IMG/VR virus record: IMGVR_UViG_3300035698_010959
DNA length: 64,000 nucleotides
Source: a virus
Reading direction: 5' to 3' (one strand)
Made by a program: the position numbers and the translations under genes. Positions 9,501-17,369 of the stretch are shown here, piece after piece; the stretch's first letter is position 1; each line of letters begins with the position of its first letter. Below the pieces are notes generated by a model. It was given only the letters and a program-made list of their open reading frames with translations. It was not told the DNA's origin and searched no databases.

Positions 9501-11863
9501 ATTGATCCATTTGCTTCAGTAACATCTATAATTAAACCTTGAATAGCCTTACCTTCTGCTGTTCGTGTTCCTAAATTAAATATATTACTCATCTCTGGAT
9601 GTAGTCCAAAGAATCTTACAACATCAGCATTAGCAACAAATTCATCTAATGGCCTTTGTGTTATAATATGTTGAAATCCGCCAGGACCTTCTTTAAGCTT
9701 TATTCCAAGATTATCTAATACGGTTTCTATTTGTATGTCTATGGTTGGTATATCTGTAATACCTACAGCCTTTAAGTCTCTTTCTAATAAATCCATAGCT
9801 GCTGCATTTTTGGATAAAAGATCCAAGCCTTCATCAGCAGATCCTACTGTAGGTATTTGTATTGATGGATCATTTAGACTAATAGCATTGTTGAACGCGT
9901 CGTTTGGATCTATTGGTTTTGGATTTCTTACTGCTCTATTTATTGCGTCATTTACAATCTCTATTGGCTTTGTTGATTCTGTTGTTCCTTCTTGTAGGAT
10001 ATCATAGAATCTTACAACTGCATCTCCAACTGTATCTTCATCTGCCCCAACTGCTCTTGTTATTTGTGCAAGTAAGGGTTTTCCTGGGTCACTTGCAGTA
10101 GGATAAACTTGTCTAAGAATATTAGTTATATCTTCTGGAGTTCTTACTACTTGTTGTGCCTTTGCTTGTATTGTGTCACTTGCTGCTTGTATGTTTCTAA
10201 ACTCTTCTTGATATTGTGGTAACACTTTTAAAGCATCTACTAGATCTTCTCTTGATGTAAACTTAGTAGGTATTGAGTAAGGACTTGGTTGTATTATATT
10301 GGCAGGTTTTGCTATTAGTTTTTCTTTGCTTGTATTAATCCCTTCTAGATCAAATACTACTCCGCCATGTCTTACTCTTATTGGTTTTCCAATACCATGT
10401 CCTCTTGCTATTTCTTCTTGCATATTGGTAGCAGCAAACATTCCTTTGTCTCTTGTTGTTGAGTGCTTACCCATTCGTTCTCTTGCTTTTAGAGATCTAT
10501 AAAACCCTGTTTCTTCTCGTAGACTTTTACTCCAAATATCTTCTCCAAGATCTTCTTGTATTTCATCTGCTAAAGTTTTATATCTACCATCACGTGTTTT
10601 TCCACCAGATTGTAGCTCATCTCCCCAATCCTCTAAATTATAACCACCACTTTTACTTCCACCTATACCAGGCTTATCTGCTCCTATTGCTTCTGCTTTT
10701 AAAGTTGCCAGATTTTCTGAAATAATATCATGGTGTTTTGTGTATGTCCCTATTTCACTTTGAATTTTTGAAACTCTGCTGCCAGTTATCGTTCCGTATT
10801 TCTTAGGTATGCCTAATCGCCTTCCATCTGTAAAGGCTTCTGCTAAACTTTTAACTGCTCGTGTAACATCATCAACATTACCTATTCGCGCTAACTGAGT
10901 TAGTCTTGTTACCGCTTTAGAGTCATATTCATTTACTCGTAGTAGTGCATACTTTAATTCAGGATCCAGTAAATCTACATTGTTATGTCTTATTAACTGT
11001 AGTGCTGTATACTTTGCTCTATTTGTTAGTATACTTCCTGCTTGTTTTACTGAAGATAATTCATTTCTAAGAGTAGATAGTCGTTTAGATACTGAACTTT
11101 TTGCTATGTTAAGTCTATCTAATTGTGTATCTACGCTTCCAAGTTTTGGTTTACTTGTTGCTGGATGTACCCAATCATCTGCTGCTGGTATTATATTAGC
11201 TGTTGTTGGTCCAAAGAATTCTGTTTTAGGAATTGTAGCTGTTTGTGAAATAGCACCTTTTGTTAGTAGGTCTGGATGTTCTTCTATTATTACTGCAAGA
11301 GTTTTAACTAACTCATCACTGTAAGAATCAGAGGCGTCTTGTAATATAACTTTTCGTATTGCTGCTTCTGGAGATGGTGATTTTGATCCTTCTATTAGTG
11401 GATTACTATTAATTAGTCCTCTAAATACACCTAATTTATGAGGTGTCATAGTTTCTAATAGTGCAGTTATTCGAGACATTTCTGCTCTATCAATTAATCC
11501 TATTTTTGTTTCATATGCTTGATCAATATATAGTCTTAGTTTGTTCCAGCCTGGTTTTACAGATGTATCATTCCATTTAACTATTTGCTCAAGATCGGCG
11601 CTTGCATCTACTATAATCTTCTCACCAGATGCAAGTATTTGTTGTCCGCTTTCTGCTACCCCTCTTGATAGTGGAGTAAGTGTTCCAGAGACATGGTTCT
11701 TTAATACTTGGTATGTTTTTTTAATACCACTTCGTGATAGAATTACTGTTATAACAAGTAACCATTCGCCAAGCGTACGTAAGTCTGTGACCTTACCTTC
11801 TTCAAGTGTAAGGTTGTCTCTTACTTTATCTCCTACATATATTCTATCTCTGTTTTGATCCAT
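6503..11863 (-). CDS. Giant 1,786-aa protein with an internal DEDDh (DnaQ-like) 3'-5' exonuclease domain and a C-terminal hydrophobic helix
   Basis: FAFDIETD ... LLHNKGFDI ... VDTLMLS ... YSLQNL ... EEHIGLFDARTT (about 8700-9200); TM-like YALILGAMMAGSLMVLG near the C-terminus. Confidence 0.8.
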   Translation of the reverse strand: MDQNRDRIYVGDKVRDNLTLEEGKVTDLRTLGEWLLVITVILSRSGIKKTYQVLKNHVSGTLTPLSRGVAESGQQILASGEKIIVDASADLEQIVKWNDTSVKPGWNKLRLYIDQAYETKIGLIDRAEMSRITALLETMTPHKLGVFRGLINSNPLIEGSKSPSPEAAIRKVILQDASDSYSDELVKTLAVIIEEHPDLLTKGAISQTATIPKTEFFGPTTANIIPAADDWVHPATSKPKLGSVDTQLDRLNIAKSSVSKRLSTLRNELSSVKQAGSILTNRAKYTALQLIRHNNVDLLDPELKYALLRVNEYDSKAVTRLTQLARIGNVDDVTRAVKSLAEAFTDGRRLGIPKKYGTITGSRVSKIQSEIGTYTKHHDIISENLATLKAEAIGADKPGIGGSKSGGYNLEDWGDELQSGGKTRDGRYKTLADEIQEDLGEDIWSKSLREETGFYRSLKARERMGKHSTTRDKGMFAATNMQEEIARGHGIGKPIRVRHGGVVFDLEGINTSKEKLIAKPANIIQPSPYSIPTKFTSREDLVDALKVLPQYQEEFRNIQAASDTIQAKAQQVVRTPEDITNILRQVYPTASDPGKPLLAQITRAVGADEDTVGDAVVRFYDILQEGTTESTKPIEIVNDAINRAVRNPKPIDPNDAFNNAISLNDPSIQIPTVGSADEGLDLLSKNAAAMDLLERDLKAVGITDIPTIDIQIETVLDNLGIKLKEGPGGFQHIITQRPLDEFVANADVVRFFGLHPEMSNIFNLGTRTAEGKAIQGLIIDVTEANGSIRQYQVMSNTKLLDIETGIIKSLTDLSTEIPLTSLDNIVKTMDPGSPAAAQVIANALARSKKSKTLPIFALKQGGGIGSLESPAAFKQHLTNIEKALLGEADLFAFDIETDTSNKIYNIGAVRRRRTTVGGMLQTEDVLDIGTQESLLYGKKYTPRLMQNEAALIEELASKIVTQSDDTLFLLHNKGFDIGMLTQRAKDLGLGKNVIKSLQTMSDRSVDTLMLSKIMKSGMPGGYSLQNLSRKLGIRSAAWTEEHIGLFDARTTMDLFNKLSIDKPTVLDQAGNFNIFKTTKGGSPKKLSAGSNMQYLWGIRERRLFKLYGWDAEDLGGSVRVVMQELNEAGEPIANRIMAPIDSPVHALPDRLLGEFKPVNIEEGLQLRQGAVEDLARNRIRKMMYEVDLPYKELERLRVLEEASGLPNPMDYFGGMEDDIAGLTEDTLAVRDAMKFTDAALNDPRLADQIRLEKNWLENEWIPKHSNIHDQLVANETLAPWQKNLVLRKYYEDIESVAPWAQLTDVNIPAHDRRLAFTIKALGDNPQSIRIASDLMIQSDIRRIALQLVNKADSSRLNEILAEMVGIPGGLDVDDLKTFLTTRKVDILSNDAEERLIESMLDNEILEAYQSNRTKAAKAIDPENYSNLTGRKFVERLQRFSKGNLNASEQQSLETTASFNEYLQSRQIRQNALKNIQTKTQNEAQLILAKAMEAEDLMFARGDNQIDRLMWGKSIAHTENVFISEALQDPSLSPYRAQRAGKAKAYKFLGGLATSEEKFAKLTEPQQSTLMDMLGWTNIDEGSTLEDFTKARITQGKYAGEEMGHIGRSALEDLAQSRELSTPLRTILDKIIKPEAQELVTSQATTKFTRIGNKLEGISELLDAGRLTKGKYALILGAMMAGSLMVLGRRPDLQEISNKSEPIETVKNTTTASIQKPVYHKIDILIEGNTEGPTDTTNILTSLQEAINSHIVSPIEGFQSTHINDQRQTMNQGYINNLAETLLTMQN

Positions 11864-11877
11864 AATTATAAATATAA

Positions 11878-11911
11878 CCGTCTGGAAGAAAAGGCTATTC
11901 CTCCCAGACGG
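11878..11911. terminator. Intergenic GC-rich hairpin, probable intrinsic terminator
   Basis: CCGTCTGG...CCAGACGG inverted repeat with AT/T-rich flanks on both sides. Confidence 0.55.
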
Positions 11912-11940
11912 CCTTTGTTTTTATATTTTACTATTTAATT

Positions 11941-12096
11941 CTATCCAGCACAGGGTGACCATGCACAATTGCTACAATACATGCATCCGCTTTCTGGTTT
12001 CATTATTCCTTTAGAGCATATTGGACAAATATTCTCTGCTTTTGTTTTTGCTGTTGCTGTTGGTTGTTGTGGTTTTGTTTCCGTTGTTTTTGGCAC
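11941..12096 (-). CDS. 51-aa zinc-ribbon protein resembling the C-terminal ribbon of class II ribonucleotide reductases
   Basis: Below the ORF-track cutoff. GTG start preceded by GAAAGGA; translates VPKTTETKPQQPTATAKTKAENICPICSKGIMKPESGCMYCSNCAWSPCAG. Confidence 0.7.
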   Translation of the reverse strand: MPKTTETKPQQPTATAKTKAENICPICSKGIMKPESGCMYCSNCAWSPCAG

Positions 12097-12188
12097 AGTA
12101 GGTTGGTCCTTTCATATAGTTGACTCCATTCTATCTGTACTACATGTGTAATGTTTGTTATGTTATATAAGAGAGTGTATTATCTTCC

Positions 12189-12434
12189 TCAGGCAAATGG
12201 AAGATTAAGCTGTACTATTGGTTGTTTGTTGTTGTTGTGTGTTTTAGATGAACAAGCTGGACACACATAAATGTCAAAGTTTGATTGTGCTTTAGTAGTG
12301 TAATCATCTGTATACTTTTGCATTTCTTTATAGCATCTTGGACAATACATATACTCTGGCTCAACTGGAGGTATATTTTGGTTACTGTCCTCTTTTTCTT
12401 TTTTTGAATAGAAGTACCAGTAGTTGTCATACAA
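12189..12434 (-). CDS. Small zinc-ribbon protein
   Basis: CPRC ... CPAC motif pair, 81 aa. Confidence 0.65.
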   Translation of the reverse strand: MYDNYWYFYSKKEKEDSNQNIPPVEPEYMYCPRCYKEMQKYTDDYTTKAQSNFDIYVCPACSSKTHNNNKQPIVQLNLPFA

Positions 12435-12447
12435 TATAGTATGTATT

Positions 12448-13089
12448 TTAATATCCTCTTGCTTTTATGTAATCTATCATATAAGGTAATTGATATAAAT
12501 CTCCTATAGGGATACATCTTGCAGGATATTTTAGAGAAGTATTTACTGGATTATTTAGTATTTTATCATAGGTTGTCCAACCAAGTATATAACCTTCTCT
12601 TGATGTAACTCTATAGCCACAACACACATATATGTGTTGGTCTTTTGTAATTTCAGTTTCTGATATCATCATCGGAAACTTGTTTAGATGTATTGTTCTG
12701 TCGTATAAGTTAAACTTATGTTCTGGTGTTTTTAGAGAGCGTGTCTTTACTACAATATTTATATTGTTTATTGTAAAGTCATATGAAGAAATTGGTATTT
12801 CTTTGGTTGGTTTATAATGAGAAGTCCAAGGCAAGTCATAAGATTCTTGTAAGAACTTATGTAGTATAAGTGTTCCTACTTTACCAACTGCTCCGAATCT
12901 ATATGTACATACATTTTTTGATAGTTCAGTAGCTCTTGCTGCTAATATTTTTGCATATCTCCATTGTTTACGTGATAGGTATGTAAAGTAGCATGTTTCT
13001 AATGGGTCTATTCTTAATTGACTTGAATGTACAAGTTCTCGTTGATATGGTATTTCTTTTAAGATAGAGTTTTCTTCATTGTTTAGCAT
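12448..13089 (-). CDS. Restriction-endonuclease-fold (PD-(D/E)XK-like) protein, catalytic residues apparently degenerate
   Basis: GKVGT...YDFTINNINIVVKT...YILGW pattern resembles phage G.xGE...D...IDVKT...I.GW proteins, but the E and the second D are missing. Confidence 0.5.
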   Translation of the reverse strand: MLNNEENSILKEIPYQRELVHSSQLRIDPLETCYFTYLSRKQWRYAKILAARATELSKNVCTYRFGAVGKVGTLILHKFLQESYDLPWTSHYKPTKEIPISSYDFTINNINIVVKTRSLKTPEHKFNLYDRTIHLNKFPMMISETEITKDQHIYVCCGYRVTSREGYILGWTTYDKILNNPVNTSLKYPARCIPIGDLYQLPYMIDYIKARGY

Positions 13090-13147
13090 AATATCTCGCT
13101 GTAATTTAAAGTTAGTAGCGTTAGACTATAACGCCAATTATGTCTCT

Positions 13148-13438
13148 CTATTTGGTATTTGATTCGTCGTCTTTATTCTCTTTTGACTTTTCTAATAATT
13201 CTTCTATTTTATCTTTTGGCAATCGTTTGTCTAAGGTTACACGAAGTAAATTTTCTGAAGTAAAGATTGTATCCAATGAAAGACCAACTATTTCCTTTTC
13301 TGTTTTCTTTATTGGGTTTTCTTTTCTACGTAACATCTTTTGTGATCTTTTTTCTGTTTGCTTTAAACGTGGCAATGTTCCTCCGTTATTACCGTGTTTA
13401 GGTGATAAGTTACTACGTTGTTTATGTTTTATACTCAA
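13148..13438 (-). CDS. Small basic hypothetical protein (start revised to TTG at 13438)
   Basis: Strong SD GAGGAGG lies just upstream of the TTG at 13436-13438; in frame with track ORF 13148..13474. Confidence 0.55.
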   Translation of the reverse strand: MSIKHKQRSNLSPKHGNNGGTLPRLKQTEKRSQKMLRRKENPIKKTEKEIVGLSLDTIFTSENLLRVTLDKRLPKDKIEELLEKSKENKDDESNTK

Positions 13439-13745
13439 TGATGTCCTCCTCAACTGTTTCAATACGTTCAACATTTGTTATTAATTCTTGTTTAAATTGT
13501 GATAAACCATATTCATCTTTTCCAATTTCTTTTACTGCTATATATCCTTCTTTTTCAGGAATAAACCCTAAGCCCGCAAAGCCTATGTTATCTTGTATTG
13601 ATTGAGAGAATCCAGTAATAACAATATCTCCTTCATATGGATCTGTATCTATGTTTGTTAATTTAAAAAGAGCATATAGTATAGAACCATGTCCGGTTGT
13701 TAGTTTATATTTAACGGTATCACCTATATTTTTTGGAGGTTTTAT
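13422..13745 (-). CDS. 107-aa hypothetical protein, apparently with a non-canonical ATA start
   Basis: Open frame fills the gap between the amidase and the next gene (IKPPKNIGDTVKYKL...EEDIIEYKT*). AGGAG lies 8 nt upstream of an ATA that overlaps the amidase TAA; no in-frame ATG/GTG/TTG. Confidence 0.6.
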   Translation of the reverse strand: MKPPKNIGDTVKYKLTTGHGSILYALFKLTNIDTDPYEGDIVITGFSQSIQDNIGFAGLGFIPEKEGYIAVKEIGKDEYGLSQFKQELITNVERIETVEEDIIEYKT

Positions 13746-14317
13746 TGTAAATACTCCTGTATATATTTGTGTACTCCATTACATATTGCTTTAGCAATCA
13801 GGTTTCTTTTTTTAGTAGTAGTTAAAACTTCTCTATCATTTATGTTTGAGATAAAACCTACTTCTGTTAGTATACATGATTTACATCTGTTGGCTAAAGC
13901 ATTACGTAACATATAAAATCCCCAAATAGGATATCTAGACTTGTCTCCTTTGACTCCTCTTTTGGTAAAGAAATCTAAAGCATCTACTGATCTACAAACA
14001 TATTGTGATAATACTTTACTAGCTTCAACTCCAGACCTATACCAGATTTCTGAACCATTGGCTGATTTGTTTACTGATCCATTAGAGTGTAATGATATTA
14101 GTATATCTCCATGTTTTGCAATGGAGCTTCTATAGGAATTAGATAGTGTTTTATCTGTATCTCGTGTGAATACTGTTGTATATCCTAATTCTCTAAAAAA
14201 ATGTCCTAACATTTTAGCACAAGCTAAAACTATATCTTTTTCTTTTGATCCTCCAGCACATGCTCCTGGATTGCTATTTCCTCCGTGACCAGGATCAATT
14301 ACAATTCTTGGTTTCAT
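13742..14317 (-). CDS. N-acetylmuramoyl-L-alanine amidase (Amidase_3), putative endolysin
   Basis: IVIDPGHGG, EKD, ISLHSN and LTEVGFISN zinc-amidase motifs. Confidence 0.92.
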   Translation of the reverse strand: MKPRIVIDPGHGGNSNPGACAGGSKEKDIVLACAKMLGHFFRELGYTTVFTRDTDKTLSNSYRSSIAKHGDILISLHSNGSVNKSANGSEIWYRSGVEASKVLSQYVCRSVDALDFFTKRGVKGDKSRYPIWGFYMLRNALANRCKSCILTEVGFISNINDREVLTTTKKRNLIAKAICNGVHKYIQEYLQ

Positions 14318-14338
14318 TTGTTGTAGTTACTCCAGTAA

Positions 14339-14893
14339 TTAATCTTTCTTTTCTGTAATTGGCATAAACCCAGTTTCTTTTTGTTTTGGTAAGCATTTTC
14401 CAGTCCATAATTCATGCGCTATTCCATATGATATTATCTTTTCTGAAGATAAAAAGCTTTCTTCTTTTAGCAAAGAGTTCCATTTTTTTCTTTCTAAGTT
14501 AGTACGACTTACATAAAAATCTACAATAGAGGATGTTACTCTTTTATGGTCTATTTTTTCTTTATCTACTTCTATTAGGTTTAATGTATCTCCTCCATAA
14601 TACCAACTTATACCGTGTAATAACATGTATGCATGTTTTGATATATATCTCTTATTTGCGGCCATATATATAGTAGTAGCAGCACTTGATACCTGTCCAA
14701 GACCAATAGAGGTTGTATTATCATAACATGAAATTACATCTGTAAGAGCTAAAGCGGGATATAGCTGTCCTCCTTCACTATTTATAAATATAGTAACTGG
14801 AGCATTTTTTGGATGGCGTATAAGTGTATCTATTATAGGAGATATTTTTTCTAAAGTTATTTCTCCAAATATTGTAAGTACTAAGTTGTCCAC
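14339..14893 (-). CDS. ClpP-like serine protease
   Basis: IFINSEGG, GQVSSAA (catalytic Ser), MLLHG (catalytic His), FLSSEK..YGI pattern. Confidence 0.85.
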   Translation of the reverse strand: MDNLVLTIFGEITLEKISPIIDTLIRHPKNAPVTIFINSEGGQLYPALALTDVISCYDNTTSIGLGQVSSAATTIYMAANKRYISKHAYMLLHGISWYYGGDTLNLIEVDKEKIDHKRVTSSIVDFYVSRTNLERKKWNSLLKEESFLSSEKIISYGIAHELWTGKCLPKQKETGFMPITEKKD

Positions 14894-15801
14894 GTGATAC
14901 TATACTCCTTCTCTATAGTTTTGTGTAATATATCATTAAACTTATCTATAAAGTTAGGGGCTGCTGATGTTAGGTTTGTACAATTTGAACCTCTACAAAT
15001 ATTCCAACCAGATTCTGATTTGTTGTTGGATACAGATATAGAAAGTATACGTAATGCCCAAGCAATATATGTGGCTCCATTTATTGAGCCAAGTACAAAC
15101 TTACACCTACTATTAGATATAAGTGCGGCTGTATGTATTAAGGATACTTCATTTTTTGTTAAATCTATACAACCCCAGGTTGGTGGAATATCTAAATATT
15201 TTACTGTATCAGTAAAGCTTTCCATATCCTCTACTACTATGTAAGGTATTCCAGTTTTTATTATAGCTTTAGATGTATGTAGAAACTTGTTTCCAATATC
15301 CTTTTTTGGTTTATATATCCATGGATAGGCATTATCTTTTATATCTACTTTCCATCCTCCATGTGTTTCTAAGTTACAGGCGTATCCATTTATTACATTC
15401 CAGGTTGGAGGTATTTCTGGGTTTAGCCTATCATATCCTTCTGGTTTTGCTATTTCTTCAGGCTTTATCTCTCTCTTTTCTGATATTTCTTTTATTTGCT
15501 CATCTATATGTGCTTTCTTAGTAGACCTTCTATTGAGTTCTTCTTTATATGTTGTATCAGAATCACTTTCTAGTGTATGTACAAAATCATAAGTTAGCAG
15601 CGCATCTGTAACCACATTGTCTTCATATACGTTGTTTATAAACCATGCACCATTTCTTACATACTCTGCTTGATTAGTATTCTTGATAACAAGGTCTATA
15701 GTAATATAGTGGTGTTGTTTCTTTAGCTCCTCTACTGCAGCCATTGCTGCAAGCAGTTCCCAATCATGCCCTTCAAAGCGTAATAGAATTGATTTTTTCA
15801 A
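14881..15801 (-). CDS. Glycosyltransferase family 9-like (heptosyltransferase-fold) protein, divergent
   Basis: N-terminal ILLRFEGHD..LAAMAAVEELKKQH..IDLV and C-terminal IDLTK..SLIHTAALI..KFVLGSINGATYIAWAL resemble GT9 motifs. Confidence 0.5.
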   Translation of the reverse strand: MKKSILLRFEGHDWELLAAMAAVEELKKQHHYITIDLVIKNTNQAEYVRNGAWFINNVYEDNVVTDALLTYDFVHTLESDSDTTYKEELNRRSTKKAHIDEQIKEISEKREIKPEEIAKPEGYDRLNPEIPPTWNVINGYACNLETHGGWKVDIKDNAYPWIYKPKKDIGNKFLHTSKAIIKTGIPYIVVEDMESFTDTVKYLDIPPTWGCIDLTKNEVSLIHTAALISNSRCKFVLGSINGATYIAWALRILSISVSNNKSESGWNICRGSNCTNLTSAAPNFIDKFNDILHKTIEKEYSITWTT

Positions 15802-15815
15802 GTATAGTTATCTCC

Positions 15816-16097
15816 TTATTTTGGTGGTCTACCCCTTGGTTTGATTATGTTTTTTAATATGTATGGAGTAGGTATGTAGGCATGTATAGTGTCCCCTGGC
15901 TGTAGTTGTGTATCTACAAATCCTCTAGATAAACTATAAGTTATATTAACAGATGTTTCATCTATTTTTTCATAGTGTTCTGGTGTAATAATTGCGCCTG
16001 TAGTTGTTATTAGTAGAATGTCTTCTAAGTTATAATCTGATTCTGGTAGTGTAATTCTACAAGTGTATTTGTTTGGTCTTAATGTTTTTATATACAT
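15816..16097 (-). CDS. Hypothetical protein ending in an AT-hook-like KPRGRPPK
   Basis: 93-aa ORF with SD GGAGG, in operon. Confidence 0.65.
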   Translation of the reverse strand: MYIKTLRPNKYTCRITLPESDYNLEDILLITTTGAIITPEHYEKIDETSVNITYSLSRGFVDTQLQPGDTIHAYIPTPYILKNIIKPRGRPPK

Positions 16098-16099
16098 AG

Positions 16100-17296
16100 T
16101 TAGCCCTCCTGATACATCTTATATGTCCACAGTTCATCTGTGTTTGGTATATCATAGAATGGGAAGAATGATGTATCTAATCTTAGTATGCTTCCATCCT
16201 CTCCTTGCTTTATTGTAACTATCCAACCACCTAGATGTGCTGGAAGTCGTTTCTTTCTCATGAATGGTGTTTGCATTTCTGTACATCCTGCTAAAAGTAT
16301 GTGACAATTTCTGTAGAAAAAGTATCCTGCTTTATGATAGTGCCCCATTATTAACATGTGTGGTTTATCTCCACCCATATAAGATGATACTTCTTTCTGA
16401 GGGGCATGGCTAATCGACTCGGCACTTCCTCCACCAGGATGGTTTATACGTATTCGAGTAGGTGCTATACCGTCTGGATGTGTTATTTCTACATCGTGCT
16501 CCATGTATCCAAGATAATGTAAGTCTGTGCGTCCTGCGCGTTTTGCAACATCTTCAGCATATTGTCCAATATCAACTCCTGTTGATTGTACCCACCAGCC
16601 CTCATGGTCATCTCCTGCTATATAGTATGTATCTATATTTGGTCTACTTGGATAGTTCTTTACAAAATAGTTTACTTGATTACCAAGTCCATGTATATTT
16701 AAATCTTGTTTGTTGAAGTTCTTTTCCCCATCTACCCAGTTACCGGCATTATATACCGTTGTAACTCCTTCTTCTTCAAATATGTCATATAAATCATGTA
16801 GTACATCTTCTCTTGCGTATTTAGAGCATAAATGGTTATCGGATACAACTCCAAACTTAAAGGTGTTTCCGTTTGAATAGTTTACCATGTGTTGTGATTT
16901 TTTTCCAATTGGTGGAGGAGAAAACTGTATGAATGGTTTATTAGAAGAGTCTACTAGATAGCGTTTTGCGGATAGTCTTTCTGCGGCTTCTTCTATTCTT
17001 TTTGGTGAGATATCTAAAGCATTAGCGGCTTCATCTATAGTGAGTGCAGTTTGTGATCTCTTTAAAAGTTTTAATAATTTTAAATCTCTGTCATCTTCTG
17101 GTATATCTTCTTCTGGCATATCTGTTATAGGATCAAAATCCTTTCGTGCAGGAAGTTCTCCTATTGTTTTGCATACCCTTAAAAACTTTCCTACTTTATC
17201 AGGAGTTGATTCAAACATATTACTTAGTTGTAAATCTGATGCTCCTGCTCGATATGCTGTTTTAAATCTTTCTAAGTCATTAGGTTCCCAGGCCAT
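16100..17296 (-). CDS. Calcineurin-like metallophosphoesterase with N-terminal HTH-like regions
   Basis: VSDNH, AGNWVDG, AGDDHE, NHPGGG and MGHYH motifs. Confidence 0.88.
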   Translation of the reverse strand: MAWEPNDLERFKTAYRAGASDLQLSNMFESTPDKVGKFLRVCKTIGELPARKDFDPITDMPEEDIPEDDRDLKLLKLLKRSQTALTIDEAANALDISPKRIEEAAERLSAKRYLVDSSNKPFIQFSPPPIGKKSQHMVNYSNGNTFKFGVVSDNHLCSKYAREDVLHDLYDIFEEEGVTTVYNAGNWVDGEKNFNKQDLNIHGLGNQVNYFVKNYPSRPNIDTYYIAGDDHEGWWVQSTGVDIGQYAEDVAKRAGRTDLHYLGYMEHDVEITHPDGIAPTRIRINHPGGGSAESISHAPQKEVSSYMGGDKPHMLIMGHYHKAGYFFYRNCHILLAGCTEMQTPFMRKKRLPAHLGGWIVTIKQGEDGSILRLDTSFFPFYDIPNTDELWTYKMYQEG

Positions 17297-17336
17297 GTTG
17301 ATCTCCTTTATAATTAGAGTTGGCTTTTACAATTAT

Positions 17337-17365
17337 ATTATAGCATACTTTTACTAATTTATCTA
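17337..17365 (-). promoter_or_regulatory. Sigma70/sigmaA-type promoter for the accessory enzyme operon
   Basis: Minus strand TAGATA-17 nt-TATAAT with an extended -10 (TGcTATAAT), upstream of SD AAGGAG and the ATG at 17296. Confidence 0.6.
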
Positions 17366-17369
17366 GTAT

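Noticed and set aside
12215-12517. Alternative-frame minus ORF (100 aa)
   Set aside because: Overlaps the better-supported zinc-ribbon ORF 12189..12434 and the upstream gene.
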